Shown in pieces: positions 23,990-38,115 of a stretch of 64,000 nt of DNA. The notes beneath the pieces were generated by a model. The model worked only from the letters and a program-made list of their open reading frames with translations. It was not told the DNA's origin and made no database searches. Positions within the stretch are counted from its first letter, which is position 1. Every line of letters begins with the position of its first letter. The position numbers and the translations under genes were made by a program. This DNA comes from Squalus acanthias. Taxonomy: Eukaryota. The stretch spans positions 64,916,001 to 64,980,000 of the forward strand of contig CM059432.1 in the NCBI GenBank assembly GCA_030390025.1, written 5' to 3'.

Positions 23990-25310
23990 AATCACCCTTG
24001 TGCAATCCCTTAGTGCCTGCTGTTCATGTGCCCTTTCCTACTCTGGTGCTCCTACGCAGTGCTCCCCCAGTGGCTGCAGCATGGCTGCTGGAAGGCTGCT
24101 GAGTTTCCGTGGGGAGACTACAGATGGCCTTGCAGGACGACCTCGACCAGCTGTGGACCTAGAAGGCCCGGCTGTAGACTGCACCACCTCGACATGGACA
24201 GTAGCAGTCTGGGCTGGCTGGCTGACAGGCAGCGGCAAGGGCAATGATGGAATGGCAGTGGTGGGAACAGGAATGCTGTCATCCTGAGAGAGGATAGCAG
24301 GTTCCTGCTCCACAGACTCACTGCCACTACCCTGGGGAGGTGCCTCAGCATTCCTAGCCATCTGTTGGAGGCCAGATTGCTGGCCAGCTGCGACACCCTA
24401 CAAGCCCCTTTCGAGACTCATAAACCTAGCCATGATACAGCAGTGAGACATTGGGTCACTTCCGCCTATGCTGCATGGAAGCTGCAACATCGCCCATCAC
24501 ACGCAGCATCATGGCAGGGGTGACAACGTCTCTCTTTTCCAGCCTGGAATTCATGGGCTCCAAGCTCTGCGCAAAACCCCGTCCAATGTTGGAGCCAGAC
24601 TCTTCCATGCTCCTTGACACTGACATGAGGCTCTCTGACAGGCTTGCCACGGCACCTAAGATTTCCATGTGCATGCCCATCACTCTTCATCTGAAAGCCG
24701 CCCCATCAAGGTCCTCATCAGAGTTGTGTGCAGCAGAACTCATGCGCGAACTCGCCCTCCAGGGAGCTGGCCCCCGAGCTACCCTTTCCCATGGCTTTGC
24801 TGCAGCCCATTCGTGCCCGATAATTCACCATGTGCAGATCATGCATCGAAACCAACCTCTAAATTCCGCTCAGTGCCAGTTTCTGAGCTGGCGTCTGCGA
24901 GTGTCAGATGCAGTGATGGTCTGCCTTCTTCTTCATCTCCACTCTCCTCCGTGACTTTGGGGACGGGCTGTGCTGGTGGTAGTCCTTGGTCATCTGAAAG
25001 CAGAAAGGCATAAGAGTCGGGTTATGGTGAAGGGAGGGGCGGGAAAGCAAGATATCCATGCATACAGCATTAGCATCTCGTAAGTGAGAAGAGATTGTGG
25101 GGTGAGGGGGAAGTGGGATGTGAGAAGGAGGATTAGGAATGACCATACCGTTGTTGTCCCCTAGTACTTCAACTTCGCCCATTGCCACGGCCTCAGTGAC
25201 TTCCCCTCCAATGATGTCGAGCACTGTCTCCAGTTGGCTCAAGGCCTCTAAAGTGACTTGGCCGCCTCCCATCTGCCGCTGCTCGCGGCAGTTGTGAGCC
25301 ACCTTGGCCT
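23990..25310 (-). pseudogene. Harbinger Myb-like gene exons 2-3, degraded
   Basis: AKVAHNCREQRQMGGG; MGMHMEILGAVASLSESL matches 18733-18870. Confidence 0.7.
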
Positions 25311-26950
25311 GCAAGAGAAAGGGAAGTGTGTCAGTGAGTGTGTTTGGGTGATGTGCTTGCCATAGTTGAATAGCTGTCAGTCTGTGCAAGGTGTGAGTGT
25401 GAATGTTGCAGTAGTGATAAGGTTGTGAGGGTGAAGTGAAGCTATGATTGTGAGGTCTGCGTGGTGAAAGGTAGAGATTGTTGTAGGTGAGTGATGGGGG
25501 TGCGGTGCATTGAACAATGTGTGTGGTCTCTTTGCTGTTGCTGAGCCAACTCCAATTCCAATGACAATGAGGTGCTCCTGCATCAAAGCACCTCTCCTTT
25601 AAGTAGTGGAAAAAGACTAGCCATTAGACTGCACCCAATATTGGCCCACCTGTTGAGCGGTAAGCCAACCAGCAGCGTGTTTAGGGCTGAGATCAACACT
25701 CCAATCATACAAATGAGCAGGCAGTACAAATTTTGCTTGCTGCCTGGACCACTTTGAACGGGCGCAGCCAAATAGTGCTGGGCCATGACACCGCCCGTTT
25801 TCGGGCCATATCCAATTTCTAGGCCATAGAATCTTACAGCACAGAAGAAGGCCATTTGGCCCATCGTGCCTGTGCCAGCACTTTGAAAGTGTTATCCAAG
25901 TAATTCCAATGCCCTGCTCATGCCCCTGGCAGAGCTGTCTCTCGGAGCAATGTTGTCTGAAGGTCCACCTTCAGGAAACAGCATAACTCAATGATTGGCT
26001 CCCTCATGAAGAATAGGTGATAAAGGCAGGTCTTCTCTCGCATAACCAGGTAGATCTGTCTGGGTCTATAAACCCAGTTCCCAGGTAAGAGCAGGTGAAC
26101 ACCTCCAGTGTGATTAGACCCATCAATGAGAAAGGGCTAATCAATAATCTTGTGGTAAAGGGGCCTTTAGGGACAAGTGACCATAATATGATTGAATTTT
26201 ACATTAAGTTTGAGAGTGATGTAGTCCAATCTGAAACTAAGGTCTTCAATCTAAACAATAGAAACTACAAGGGTATGAGGGACAAGTTGGCCATGGTAGA
26301 TTGGGAGACTACACTAAAAGATATGAAGGTGGACATACATTCAAGGAAATAATGCATAATTTGCAACAAACATATATTCCTCTAGGACATAAAAACCCAA
26401 AAGGAAAAGTGATCCAACCATGGCTAACAAAAGAAATTAAAGCTAGTATTAAGTCAAAGGAGGAAGCTTATAAAGTTGCCAGTAAAAGCGGTCAGCCTGA
26501 GGATTGGGATCTTTTTAGAAATCAGCAAAGGGGGAACCAAGAAATTGATAAAGAAAGGGAAAATGGAATATCAGCACAAACTAGCAAAAAATATAAACCG
26601 GATTTATAAAAGCTTCTATAGGTATGTGAAAAGGAAAAGACTGGCAAAGGTAAATGTAGGTCCTTTACAGTCAGAGACAGGAGAATTTATAATGGGGAAT
26701 GAGGAAATGGCAGAGAAATTAAATAAATACTTTGTTTCTGTCTTCACGGAGGAAGACACAAAAAAACTCCCAGAAATACAAGAAAACCAAGGGTGTGACG
26801 AGAATGAGGAACTTAAAGAGATTATTATTAGTAAAAAAGCAGTACTAGCAAAATTAATGGGACTAAAAGTTGATAAATCCCAAGGAACAAATGACCTACA
26901 TCCTAGGGTTTTGAAAGAGGTGGCCATTGGGATAGTGGATGCATTGGTTG

Positions 26951-29173
26951 TGCAGGCTTCGCAAAATCCCCCAAAAACTCGAACAGAACCCTAAAGGGAG
27001 TGATTTTTGGACCTTTCATACAAACTTGGGATGATGGGACCTAAGTGAAGTGATTTGAGGTAAAAACCTCAGTTTTGGACATTTTAAAGATCAGGGAAGA
27101 AAAACCCTGAGGAAAATGACTTTTGAATCTTACTGTTGGGAAAGACACCTTTCACAGATACAGACAGGCTGTGGAGGGGCGTGGCCAGGCAGTGGACAGC
27201 TTTGGGTATGGGGGCCCAATCAAGCTGTCTGGGAATTGTTTACACTGCATTCCTACCAAGGAAGAAGAGACAAACCCAAAGCCTCACACACACATAGAAA
27301 TATGAATAATCCAAGATCCCATTTTGAAATTCCAAGCCCAAACAGGATACCAGAAGCCTGAAATCAATAAAACATTTAGGGGTAGAAATTAGGTCGCGCC
27401 CCATTTGGGGCGCAAATATCGTCTGGACGCAAATATTAGCGCCTGGCGCTAATTATCGGCACTGACTGGAAACTTCACTTTTACCGCCCCGGGAGGTGAG
27501 TGGAGCGCTAAAGCAGGCGCTGCACACCTGTCTTAAGGCGCAAAGGCCGAGGAGTGAGGCGCTAACTCAGAGCGCTGGCGAAGCTCATGTAATGTCAGTC
27601 AGCAATGGAACACACACACAATGGCACGGGCCAGTTCTTAAAGGGGATGGTTAATCTTGCTTTCCATCCACATCCTGTTCATTGCAGCCTTGAATCTCGG
27701 CCTGGAGAGACTTGCACATCAAATGTGCTGGAAAGAACAATGGAGAGTACCAGGCTAAGAGCTCAGAGTGCAGCTCCCACAGTCTCTGCTAAATCGATAC
27801 AAGGAATGGCAAACCAAAATGAACCTGCAAAGTGCTGCTCAGTACCCAAAACTCCTTCACACAACGTTGAATCTCTCCAGAAGTCTCTCCCTCTCTCTCT
27901 CAGAATGCGTAGTTCAAAAATGCCACTAACAATAAAAGACAGGAAGAGGCCCCCTTTAAATAGCGCCCCCCCCAGCCCCACAGCGATTGATAGCGTTCCA
28001 GTCTTCTGGTCGTTGGATGCGCCAGGCGGTAAGGCAGGGGGCGCCACTCAATTTCCGCTCCGGGGCGCCACAAGGGCGTTGCACCATGGAATGACGTCAC
28101 AACCTGCGCGCGCAGGTGGTCGCAGCGGTAAGTTTTAGCACCGCCGCACAATGTCAAGTTAAGTTCCCGAGCGGCGCAAACATCGCTGCGCCCGGGCGTT
28201 AGCGGCTTTGCGCCCCATTAGCGCCCTCTTAAGGCGCTAACGGGAGGCGCAACCAACTGAATTTTTACCCCTTAGCACCCCGATTACTTCATCTAAAACC
28301 AATCAACCAGGTATCCACAGGGACAGATTTATAAGCCCGCCGAAAACCTAGGACAATAGGGACAAGATTTGATGCGCAGATAAAGGCCCTGCCTAAATGG
28401 GCAATATCGGAAGCCATCAGGACATGTTTAACACCAAGTTAAAGCCATCAAAACTGACAAGCCCGCCAAAACTAAGACAATGGAATATACAGGGCTCATT
28501 TGAAATCTAAAGGAAACCGATTTAGTAAGCGGTTTTGGGCGCTGAAAGGACAAAGGGGCTGAACAGTATAATTGGGGGCCTAATCCCCCAAGACAGTCTC
28601 TCTCTCTCTCTCTGGACTCTCTGACAACGCTCGCACAGCTCTCTCTCAGCTCTGTTCCAGCAAGACACCACAAGCCATGAGCAGGAGGAGGAAAGAAGGC
28701 CAGCAACTTCACAAGCAGACCAACACGCAAGAAGAAACCAGAGCGACTGCCTCAGTGACCATCAGACACCTCGCGGCAACAAGGGCCTTACGAATCCTTT
28801 TACTCAAAAGACTCTAAACCCTAACACTCAACTGTCAAGGATTCGTTTGGTGAGCATTATCCCTGATCTACTGAAACCAAAACCTAGCTAGATAGTGGGA
28901 TTTTTGGGAGGGATAAGTTTTTTTTTGTATATTGTCTATCTCCCTCGCCTGTACCGTATGTTTCCCAACCTGTGTTTAAGTATTAAGTGTGTTTTAAGTT
29001 TGTTACCTTTTTCTTTAAATAAAGTCAAAATTCTTTCAACAGATCCTGTTGTCTACTGCATCTTTGTTCACAACCCCTAAATAAGTCCAAAGTCTAGAAC
29101 CAGGGAAGTGGGAGCGATTCGAACCGCTCACTGAGTCAGAGGTGAAGGCTGACCGCACATAGCACCCCCTACA
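26951..29173 (+). mobile_element. Solo LTR (~1.33 kb once the nested MITE is removed)
   Basis: TGCAGG...CCTACA termini; 4-bp TSD GTTG (26947-26950, 29174-29177); TATAA 28567; AATAAA 29018; the sister CR1 at ~62935 has a single GTTG. Confidence 0.85.
27379..28271. mobile_element. Harbinger MITE (~890-bp family) copy 2, opposite orientation
   Basis: TIR GGGGTAGAAATT / AATTTTTACCCC; TTA TSD. Confidence 0.93.
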
Positions 29174-31140
29174 GTTGTCATCTTCCAAAATTCTATAGAT
29201 TCTGGAATGGTTCCTGCAGATTGGAGGATAGCAAATGTAACCCTGCGATTTAAGAAAGGAGGGAGAGAGAAAACAGGGAACTACAGACCTGTTAGCCTCA
29301 CATCAATAGTTGGGAAAATGCTGGAATCTATTATGAAGGATGCAATAACTGGGCACTTAGAAACTAATAGTAAGATTGGGCAGAGTCAACATGGATTTAT
29401 GAAAGGGAAATCCTGTTTGACAAACCTATTGGAGTTCTTTGAGGATGTAACTAGTGGAGTAGACAAAGGGGAACCGGTAGATGTGGTGTATCTGGATTTT
29501 CAGAAGGCCTTCGATAAGGTCCCACACAAGAGGTTGGTGAACAAAATTAGGGCACATGGAATTGAGGGTAATATACTAGCATGGATTGAGAATTGGTTAA
29601 CAGACAGAAAACAAAGAGTAGGGACAAACGGGTCTTTTTCAGGATGGCAGGCTGTGACTAGTGGGGTACCACAAGGATCGGTGCTTGGGCCCCAGCTATT
29701 CACAATCTATATCAATGATTTGGATGAGGGGACTAAATGTAACATTTCCAAATTTGCTGATGATACAAAGCTAGGTGGCAGTGTCAGTTGTGAAGAGGAT
29801 GTGAAGAGGCTTCAGGGGGATCTCGACAGGCTCAGGTGAGTGGGCGAGAACATGGCAGATGGAATATAACGTGGATAAATCTGAAGTTATCCACTTTGGT
29901 AGAAAAAACAGAAAGGCAGAGTATTTCCTAAATGGTGAAAGATTGGGGAATGCAGATGCTCAAAGGGACCTGGGTGTCCTTGTACATGAGTCACTGAAAG
30001 TGAATGTGCAGGTGCAACAAGCCATTAGGAAGGCAAATGGTATGCTGGCCTTCATTACAAGAGGATTTGAGTACAGGAGTAAAGAAGTCTTACTCCAATT
30101 ATATAGGGTCTTGGTGAGACCACACCTGGAGTACTGTGTACAATTTTGATCTCCTTACCTAAGGAATGATATACTTGCCATAGAGGGAGTGCAACGAAGG
30201 TTCACGAGATTGATTCCTGGGATGGCGGGACTGCCGTATGTGAAGAGATTGAGTAAACTCGGCCTGTATTCTCTTGAATTCAGAAGAATGGGAGGGGATC
30301 TCATTGAAGCATACAAAATTATTACAGGACTTGATGGGGTGGATGTTGGGAGAATGTTTCCCTTGGCTGGGGAGTCTAGAACCAGGGGCCACAGCCTCAG
30401 GATAAAGGGTAGGCCATTCAGGACTGAGATGAGAAGAAATTTCTTCACACAGAGGGTGGTGAATCTTTGGAATTCTCTACCCCAGAGGGCTGTGGAGGCT
30501 CAGTCATTGGGTATATTCAAAACAGAAGTCGATAGATTTCTGACTAGTAAGGGCATCAAGGGATATGGCGATAGGGCCGGTGAATGGAGTTGAGGCAGAA
30601 GATCAGCCATGATCTCATTGAATGGCGGAGCAGGCTCGAAGGGCCAAATAGCCTACTCCTGCTCCTATTTCTTATGTTCTTATGTTCTTATCACTGATCC
30701 TTTCACAGAAAGTCATCTTCCTCCACCAAATCTCTTGAGTGCAAGAGGAATACCTCAGATATTTGGTTGCTGCAAATAAAATAGTAGCTGGCAGCAATAC
30801 TGTGGTTGGAAAAGCATAAGGGAATAAAAGGGGAAAAAAATCAAAAAGAACTAAACACAAAGTAATACCATAGCAAAAATGTAGCAAAAAGAATCCAAAA
30901 AAGTGGTCCTAAACAAACTTCCAACTCCAACAGTAAACAACACAACTCTCCTTTAAGAATCCAATTCTCAAAAACCAGAAAGAGCCTTCTCTCCGGCATC
31001 TATTTTACATGGGCGTGCAAAGCTCTCACAAATTCCTGGTAAAAAAGCGTAAGAAATCACAGTTACAACTGCAACATTAACTTATCGGCTTGGTGACGCA
31101 GCGTTCTCCATTCAGATTTCTTCTGTCATCTGGACTTATG

Positions 31141-32130
31141 GGGGGCGATTTTCGTTGGCTCATTCAGGTGGTAAAGAGCCTGTGAGGTGGCAAAGGTGGG
31201 GTCTTGAGCTGAAACGCGTTTAACGTAAGATACCATCTTGGTAAAGGAGTTGAAGCTTGCGCTAGGAATGGCCGCCCAGTGCATTGTTAAGCAGCTGATT
31301 GCCACTTAAATTGCCTGCTAGCGCTCATTAAGGAGGTTGCATAGCATTTTGGTGGCTAGCGCTTGACCTCATGCCCTCTCCTAACAGTGACCAGCTGATT
31401 GGGAGTAAACTAGTCGTTGCTGAGGATTTTGAGCGCTACTTAAAGGTATATCAACTTTTACTGTTCACTTGCTGCTGGAGGTTTGAAGAGGACTTTTGAA
31501 ACACATCGGGAGACTTCACCAACACTCTATCAATATTTATTCTGAAAATTCTCTGAGGACTTCACCTAAAAAGAGTGAGTGCTGTGTGACTCTACCTTAT
31601 AGGAGTCATCAGGAGAAAGGAAGTGCTTGGTCATGGGCATCTTGCTAGGGGTCTCCCTTGGTCTGCAGGAGGAGGAGGACTTGAGGCCAGGCAGAGCAAC
31701 ACCAGCTGCTGCAAGAGAGAGGGACAGGAGTGATAGAAGGGCGAGGTGGACTCCTTCCCCACTGTGGGAACAGGACCTCCCTCCTCCACTGGACTTCCTC
31801 CACCAGGACCTCCAATGCCACGTCCGGGAACCTGTGTGCCCTCTTCCACAGTTGCTGAGCCATCCTGAAACGTGCTGCTGTGTGTCAGCCAGCAGACTCC
31901 ACACCTTCAGTGGAAGTGGGTGCGTGGAGCCTACATATACTGCTCCACGAAAACTGCGTCTAATCAGCGCTTGAGTGCTAAACCTGCAGGTGTCTGTTTA
32001 GCTCCTCCAGGCAAGTTCAAATGATGGTTATCAGCAATTAGGACCAAAACCAGACTTTCAAACAGGTGTGTCTTATTAGCACAGTACCCATTCAGCGCCT
32101 GTTTTCACCCTTTCACCAAAATAACCCCCC
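31141..32130. mobile_element. Harbinger internal-deletion derivative (5' stubs of both genes abutting)
   Basis: TIR GGGGGCGATTTT / AAAATAACCCCCC; ATG TSD; minus-strand MAQQLWKRAHRFPDVALEVLVEEV (Myb exon 1). Confidence 0.8.
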
Positions 32131-34881
32131 ATGGACTTAAAAAAGTAGATAATGGTGTAGCAAAACTATGAACTGGGAAAGAGAACATTTTTTCTTCCCT
32201 TCTTTAAAATACCTTCTCCATTCTTTATTCATCAGTTTCAGTTTATAGCGATGGGCAATAAATGCTGCCCTTGTCAGCAATGGCCACATCCCATGAATGA
32301 ATATATAAAAAAAAGCTTGTGAACTTTATTTCCATTTTATGGTTTATTTCTCTCTTCATCCTTATGATAATTGTACAATTAGGGTCTGTACAAGCCTATG
32401 GGTGAATTTAAATATAAGCCAAATTATTATATTTTAAAATATCTCTCAGAGGTGACAGTGCTACCACTGATTCAAGTTGAGATCATCATGAGGAAGACCA
32501 CAAATCAGATGGTACCATAGAGATGCTGGAAATGCAGAGTGATATAGAAGTAGAAGAAGCGAGGGAGAGAACATAAGACCAGAGTAAATTGAAAGCTGCT
32601 TGGAAGATCTCATTCTAGCTTCCAATAGCGAGAAGCGAAGTCAAGTAGTCAAATACCTTTGCATTTATTCCCCTATGCTAGGTCCTAGTCAAGTACACAT
32701 TCTTAATGTCTAAGCATTTTTTTCTCTACAGTTTGTTTCTTCCATCTCATGGTCTTGAAGGGCTTCAGTAACAACTGCTCACCTCAGCAACCAATTTACT
32801 TAGGCGTGATGCAGATTTGCAATCCCTCAAGTATCTCTCCAGTCTCCCTGAGAGATGCACAAGCTGGAACCCAGAACAAAAGTAGTTGAACTGCTGCCAG
32901 GCCTCCATAATGGCAGTCCAAGACAGCCATCAGCAGATGCATGATACCTCCCTGGACACAACTCATCCTCTGACTTTCTTCACCCTGCAAAGAAGTGCCT
33001 GCCTTTTGTTCAGTACCTCGTTATGGTAGGACAACTAAGGTTAGGAACTCAATCACACAGGAGACTGAACCAGCATTTTTCACTCCAATGGTACTGTGTG
33101 CTGATGCTACTTTGCACTGTGCCACCAACAGCACCCATAACACAGCTATTTATTAAGAAAAAAAGCAAGTTACAATATATGCATCATAAAAAATGAATTG
33201 GAAGAATATTTACAATGGTGGATGTGGGCTCTCGTGGGCTTGGGCTTGTTTGTGGTGTGCATTATTGTCCGAATCAATTCAGAGCTCCATGCAAAGTGTA
33301 AATTTGGGCAGTCATGTGAAATTAATGTTATATTCAGCTGCACATCCTCAAGGTAAATTTAAAGAAGAACAGAAATGCTATCACAATGGTTCTGTGTAAT
33401 TGAAAGCTTCACAATTCCTACCTGTAGGCCTTTCTTTTGTAGTTCTTTTCTTAGCATGTGCACCAGATGTATATCAACAGGGTCATAAATCAAGTATACA
33501 GTGTCTGACTGAAAGCGAACTTTCCGTGCTCGAATATGCCAGCTCTCCTAGAGACGGATAATTAATTTTAAACAAAATGTATTTTAAAGTGCTGTCACAT
33601 AGTCACATACAGAATAATGTTCACAAGTGAAATGACAATGGCCTTACCCTAAAATAGCGATAAAAAGAAAAAGAATGCAAATGCCAAAAACAAGAACTGA
33701 ACTGTAATAATACATAACAGGTCTGTCCGCATCAGAAAAGATGATAACATTTTTGGTAAAGACTTCATTGGAGCTTTATTCTAAAAGATCAAGGAATTCT
33801 ACTTAAAAGATTGCTTCAAACAATCTTTTCACTCCACAGAATTCAAATACCACTATTCATTACCCTGTCACCCATCGATTCCTTTATTAATAGGAAAGAT
33901 AGGGAAGGAAAAAAAAGGACGGGATGTGGCTGTATTGATGAAATAAACTATTATAGCACTGGAGAGCGATGATGTATGTGAGGTGTCAAAGACAGGAGCT
34001 ATTACGCTACTGGGATTATACTATAGACCACCAAATAGTGAGAAGGAGATAGAGAAGCAAATTTGCAGGAAAATTACAGGAAGCTGCAAGAACTACAGAG
34101 TAGTGATAATAGGGGACTACAATGATTCTAATATAGACTGGGATAGAAAAAGTGTAAAGGGCAAAGAGGGGGAGAAATTCCTGAAATGTGTACAAGAGAA
34201 CTTTCTTGATCAGTGTGTTTCCAGCCCAATGAGGAAGGAAACAGTGCTGGATCTAGTTTTGGGGAATGAAGTGAGGAAAGGGGAGCATGTTTCAGTGGAG
34301 AAGCATTTGGGGAACAGTGACCATAATATCATCAGGTTTAGAATAGTTATGGAAAAGGACAAGGGACAATCAAGCGTTAAAATACTTAACTGGCGGAGGG
34401 CTAACTGCAGTGAGTTGAACAGGGATCTGGCCCAGGTGGATTGTAATCAAAAATTGGTAGGCAGAACAGTAATTGAACAATGGGAGGCTTTCAAAGAGGA
34501 GATGGTTCAGGTAAAGAATGGACACATTCCCACAAGGGGAAAAGGAATGGCATCCAAAGCTAGAGCTCCCTGGATGACAAAAGATATAGGCCAGAATTTT
34601 CTGTACCTGGGCGGATCCGGTGCTGGCAGCCACCATGGCAAGTCACAACCCCGTTGCTGGCTCCATCCCGCTCCACAGAATGACTTTCTAATAATGGAAC
34701 CTATTAAGCCTGCCCTGTGCATTACCCGGCCCAATTAAATGGTGCGGGTCTGGTGATGTCATCGATGACGTGCTTTCAGCTGGGATATTTAAAGGGGCCA
34801 TGACCACATTGCATTTGAAGGTTCATCTAGGAGTGTGCAGGCAGCACACTGGAGGATTTCATTACTCCAAACAGTTGGCAA

Positions 34882-36760
34882 GGTGGCTGCACAGAGCCAG
34901 AAGGCTGCACCCAGGTTCTCCGATGACTCCCTCCATATGCTTGTGGAGGGAGTCAGAGGATTCAGGGAGGGACTCTTCGCAGCTGAAGAGACATCCCCAA
35001 TAGACAAAATGAACCTGGCTTCAAATAGCAGAGGAGGTTAATAGCAGCGATGTCGTCAGGAGGACCTGGGTGCAGTGCCGCAAACACTTTAATTATCTCA
35101 TTAGATCAGGAAAGGTGAGTACAAACCACACTCACCTTCATCCTGCCGTGCCTCTCATTACATCCCCATCATTCTGCCTTCCCAACCCTACTCCTGCAAT
35201 CCTTACACACACCAACATACCCACCCATCCCTCTCTCTCTATCTACATTATCACATCCCCATCTTACTAACCACCCGTCACACTCACCTCATCCTCATGC
35301 AATCATACCAACTAACAACACACAAGGAGGCCACTTGGAATTACCACCCCACTCCATCATAGTCACTCTCTACAGATGTAACCCATCCATTCCTTACACT
35401 CATTCCATCACTCTCACTCAACCTTCTCTTTCCATTCTTGCAGGAAAAGAGAGCGCACAATAAGAGGGAGAGGGAGAGAACTGGAGGTAGACCCACATCA
35501 ATGGCCACCCTGACCACAGCAGAGGAGGCTGCGCTAGAGCTGGCAGGAGTCACCAAGCACCTGGAGGTGGGAGATGGAGAGAGGGGGACATCTCAATAAC
35601 CTGGTGACAGAATTACATATCATACAGCTACATGGCATACATCAATCACTCATATGGGGGTTGATGTCAGCAGCCATTGAATGGTTATTATGTGCATAAT
35701 GGTTTCTGTACCCAATCTACATATGACATATCTAACTCATCTCTTTACTCTCCCACAGGTCCATCAAGAGCCCCCACCACTGTCCAGGTACAAGAGGAAG
35801 ACGACTCCTCAGCAGAGCCTTCAGCCTCTGCGGGCGTACCGTCACCAGACAGAAGCACACCCAGCACCAGTGCAGATACTCACACCTTGGTGGGTCCCTC
35901 ACAAGATAGAGTAGTGTTGTCACCTGGTGTGTCACAAATCACAACCGATCAACAGCAGATGGTGGAGACAGGGACAGCAGTGGAGAGTCCTTGTCGGAGG
36001 GCGCAGGACTCTCCCAGCTCTGCTCAGCTGCATGCAGATGCTGAGCTTCAGGGGCCATCCAGAAAGAGGGCGATCCTGGAGCTGCAGGAACAAGTGCAGG
36101 AAGCTCTGATAGATTTTGCGAGTGTGATGACTGCCAGTGTTCAGAGAATGGAGGAGTCCATCTCCAACATGAGCACCACCGTGTTGCAGGCGATGGCGAC
36201 TGCAGGCTCTTCCATGGAAAGGATGGCCACCTGCATGGAACAGTTAATGCGCAACTCAGAGGAGCACATGCTATCTATGGAGAATAGATGGCTACCTATG
36301 GAGGATAGATGGCTATCTATGGAGAATAGATGGCAGAGGCTCATAGACATCATCTCTAGGAGGGATGTCAGTATAGACGTGGGTCATCATGGCCCTGTTA
36401 AGGTGCAGCAAGGTGCTCTCCAGCTCCTTGCTAGCAGGGAAGTGCGGATGGCCCATGAGAGGGATGATGGTGAGAGGGGACATGGAAGTGGGGGCTCCTC
36501 TCAAAGCACTCACACTTCTCCCCCATTGCCACCCCCTCAGTCAGAGCCCCAGATGCCTCCCTAGACAGCGATGGCTGAGTCTGCCCCTGCACAGTTGCAG
36601 GAGGAGCAGTCTTTGGCGGAGCCCTCACAGGCTCCAAAACTCAGAGAACAACCGCCAAAAGTGTCTAAGCAGTCACAGCAGGAATGTGAGGTGGCTGCCT
36701 TGACCTCTGCTGAAGCCACAGGGGTAGCACCTCGTAGAAGCGCACGTCAGGCATATCTTT
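34882..36760 (+). pseudogene. Myb/SANT-like gene, 3 exons (~34882-35114, 35444-35603, 35759-~36760)
   Basis: KAAPRFSDDSLHMLVEGV...QCRKHFNYLIRSGK|gtgagt; ttgcag|EKRAHNKRE; cccacag acceptor. Confidence 0.8.
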
Positions 36761-36878
36761 ACCTCCACCAATGGTGGTCACTGTGAATTGGTCATTGTAG
36801 GGATGCTTAATAGTGTGGCTGTGGGGTGTTGCCAACCTGGCAACGCATGTGGCAGCCATATGGGTGGACTACATAAAG

Positions 36879-38115
36879 TTAAGTAAATCTGGCAATGAAG
36901 TGGCCATCCCTGGCCTCCCGGGCAGCAATGTGCTCGAGTGCTGGTGCCACCTGCAACGCAGATTCCTCCAGCTCCTGCTCCTCCTCGTCTTCCAGCTGTT
37001 GCTCCTCCTCCTCTAAAGAGGCTGTGCGCTCAGAGCCTTGCTCTTCATGCAGCGCTACTCCTCGCTGCTGCACTATGTTGTGCAGGGCGCAGCAGATGAC
37101 GATGATTCTGGAGACCCTGGCTGGTGGGTACTGAAGGGCTCCTCCAGATCTGTCAAGGCATCTGAATCGCATTTTTAGTATGCCTATTGTCTGCTCTATG
37201 ATACATCTGGTGGAGATATGGCTTTCATTATATCTCCCTTTGGCCTCAGTACTTGGCCTCCTTAAGAGTGTCATGACCCATGTCTTCAGTGGATAGCCCT
37301 TGTCTCCAAGTAGCTAGCCGGAAAGTATGTCTGGAGATGCAAAGAGCTGAGGGAGGGTGGAATGGCACAGGACGAAAGAGTCATGGCAGCTGCCAGGGAT
37401 TTTGGCACGCACATGCATGATGATCTTCCTATAGTTGCAGACCAGCTGCACATTGAGGGAGTGGAAGCCCTTGCGGTTGACAAACACTCCTGGGTGATGA
37501 TGGGGTGCCCTGATGGCCACATGTGTGCAGTTGATGATGCCCTGCACCCGTGGGAAGCCTGCCAGAGTGACAAAGCCGAGTGCCCGCTCTGTAACACTCG
37601 CTTCATCAGTGGCAAAGTTGATATAATTGGCTGACTTGTTAAAGACGGCATCGGTGACCTGCATGATGCATCTGGGGGCAGCTGACTGTGAGATGCTGCA
37701 AATGTCTGCTGCAGATCCCCGGAAGGAGCCTGAGGTGAAGAAGTTGAGGGCTCTGGTGACTTTTGACAGCCACTGGTAAGGCGTGTCCACCCACTCCTCT
37801 GGGCTGCAGGTCTTCCTCCAGCAATGTGCAAATGTCTGCAATGACCTGGCACGATAACCTGAGCCTCCTTTGGCAATGCTGCTCAGTCATGTTGAGGAAG
37901 CTCATCCACTGCCTTTATACCCTGTGTTAGGGATACCGCCTCCGGTGCGGTGCAGTCCTGCATTGATGCGCTCTGTCCTGTAGAGCATCAGGGCGTTGAG
38001 GAGAAGGTTGGTGGTGTTATTGTTGGTGCTGCTGGTGTGCCTGGTGCTGCTGGTCTTGGAGCTCATCGTGGTTAGATTCTGAGGACCAAGGTGAGACAGA
38101 ATAAATGGCATCCCT
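36879..38115 (-). pseudogene. HARBI1-like transposase, frameshifted
   Basis: [50 protein letters not shown]. Confidence 0.9.

Larger units (their letters stand above)
21285..25826. mobile_element. Harbinger transposon (transposase +, Myb-like - with exon 1 deleted), interrupted by a LINE
   Basis: Perfect 16-bp TIR TGGCCTAGAAATTGGA; TSD unclear. Confidence 0.9.
26123..30690 (+). mobile_element. CR1 LINE (5'-truncated ORF2), interrupted by a solo LTR
   Basis: [53 protein letters not shown]; (TTCTTATG)n tail. Confidence 0.95.

Noticed and set aside
27605..28138. MEHTHNG... ORF recurring at 9276, 27605, 44650 and 50288
   Set aside because: Recurs because the MITE is repeated; frame and length differ among copies and it reads mostly through UTR or promoter sequence
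32130..33890. Host exons in AT-rich unique stretches (also 1920-2400, 3750-4700, 60730-62050)
   Set aside because: No convincing ORF with splice sites or recognisable protein; a tiny exon cannot be excluded
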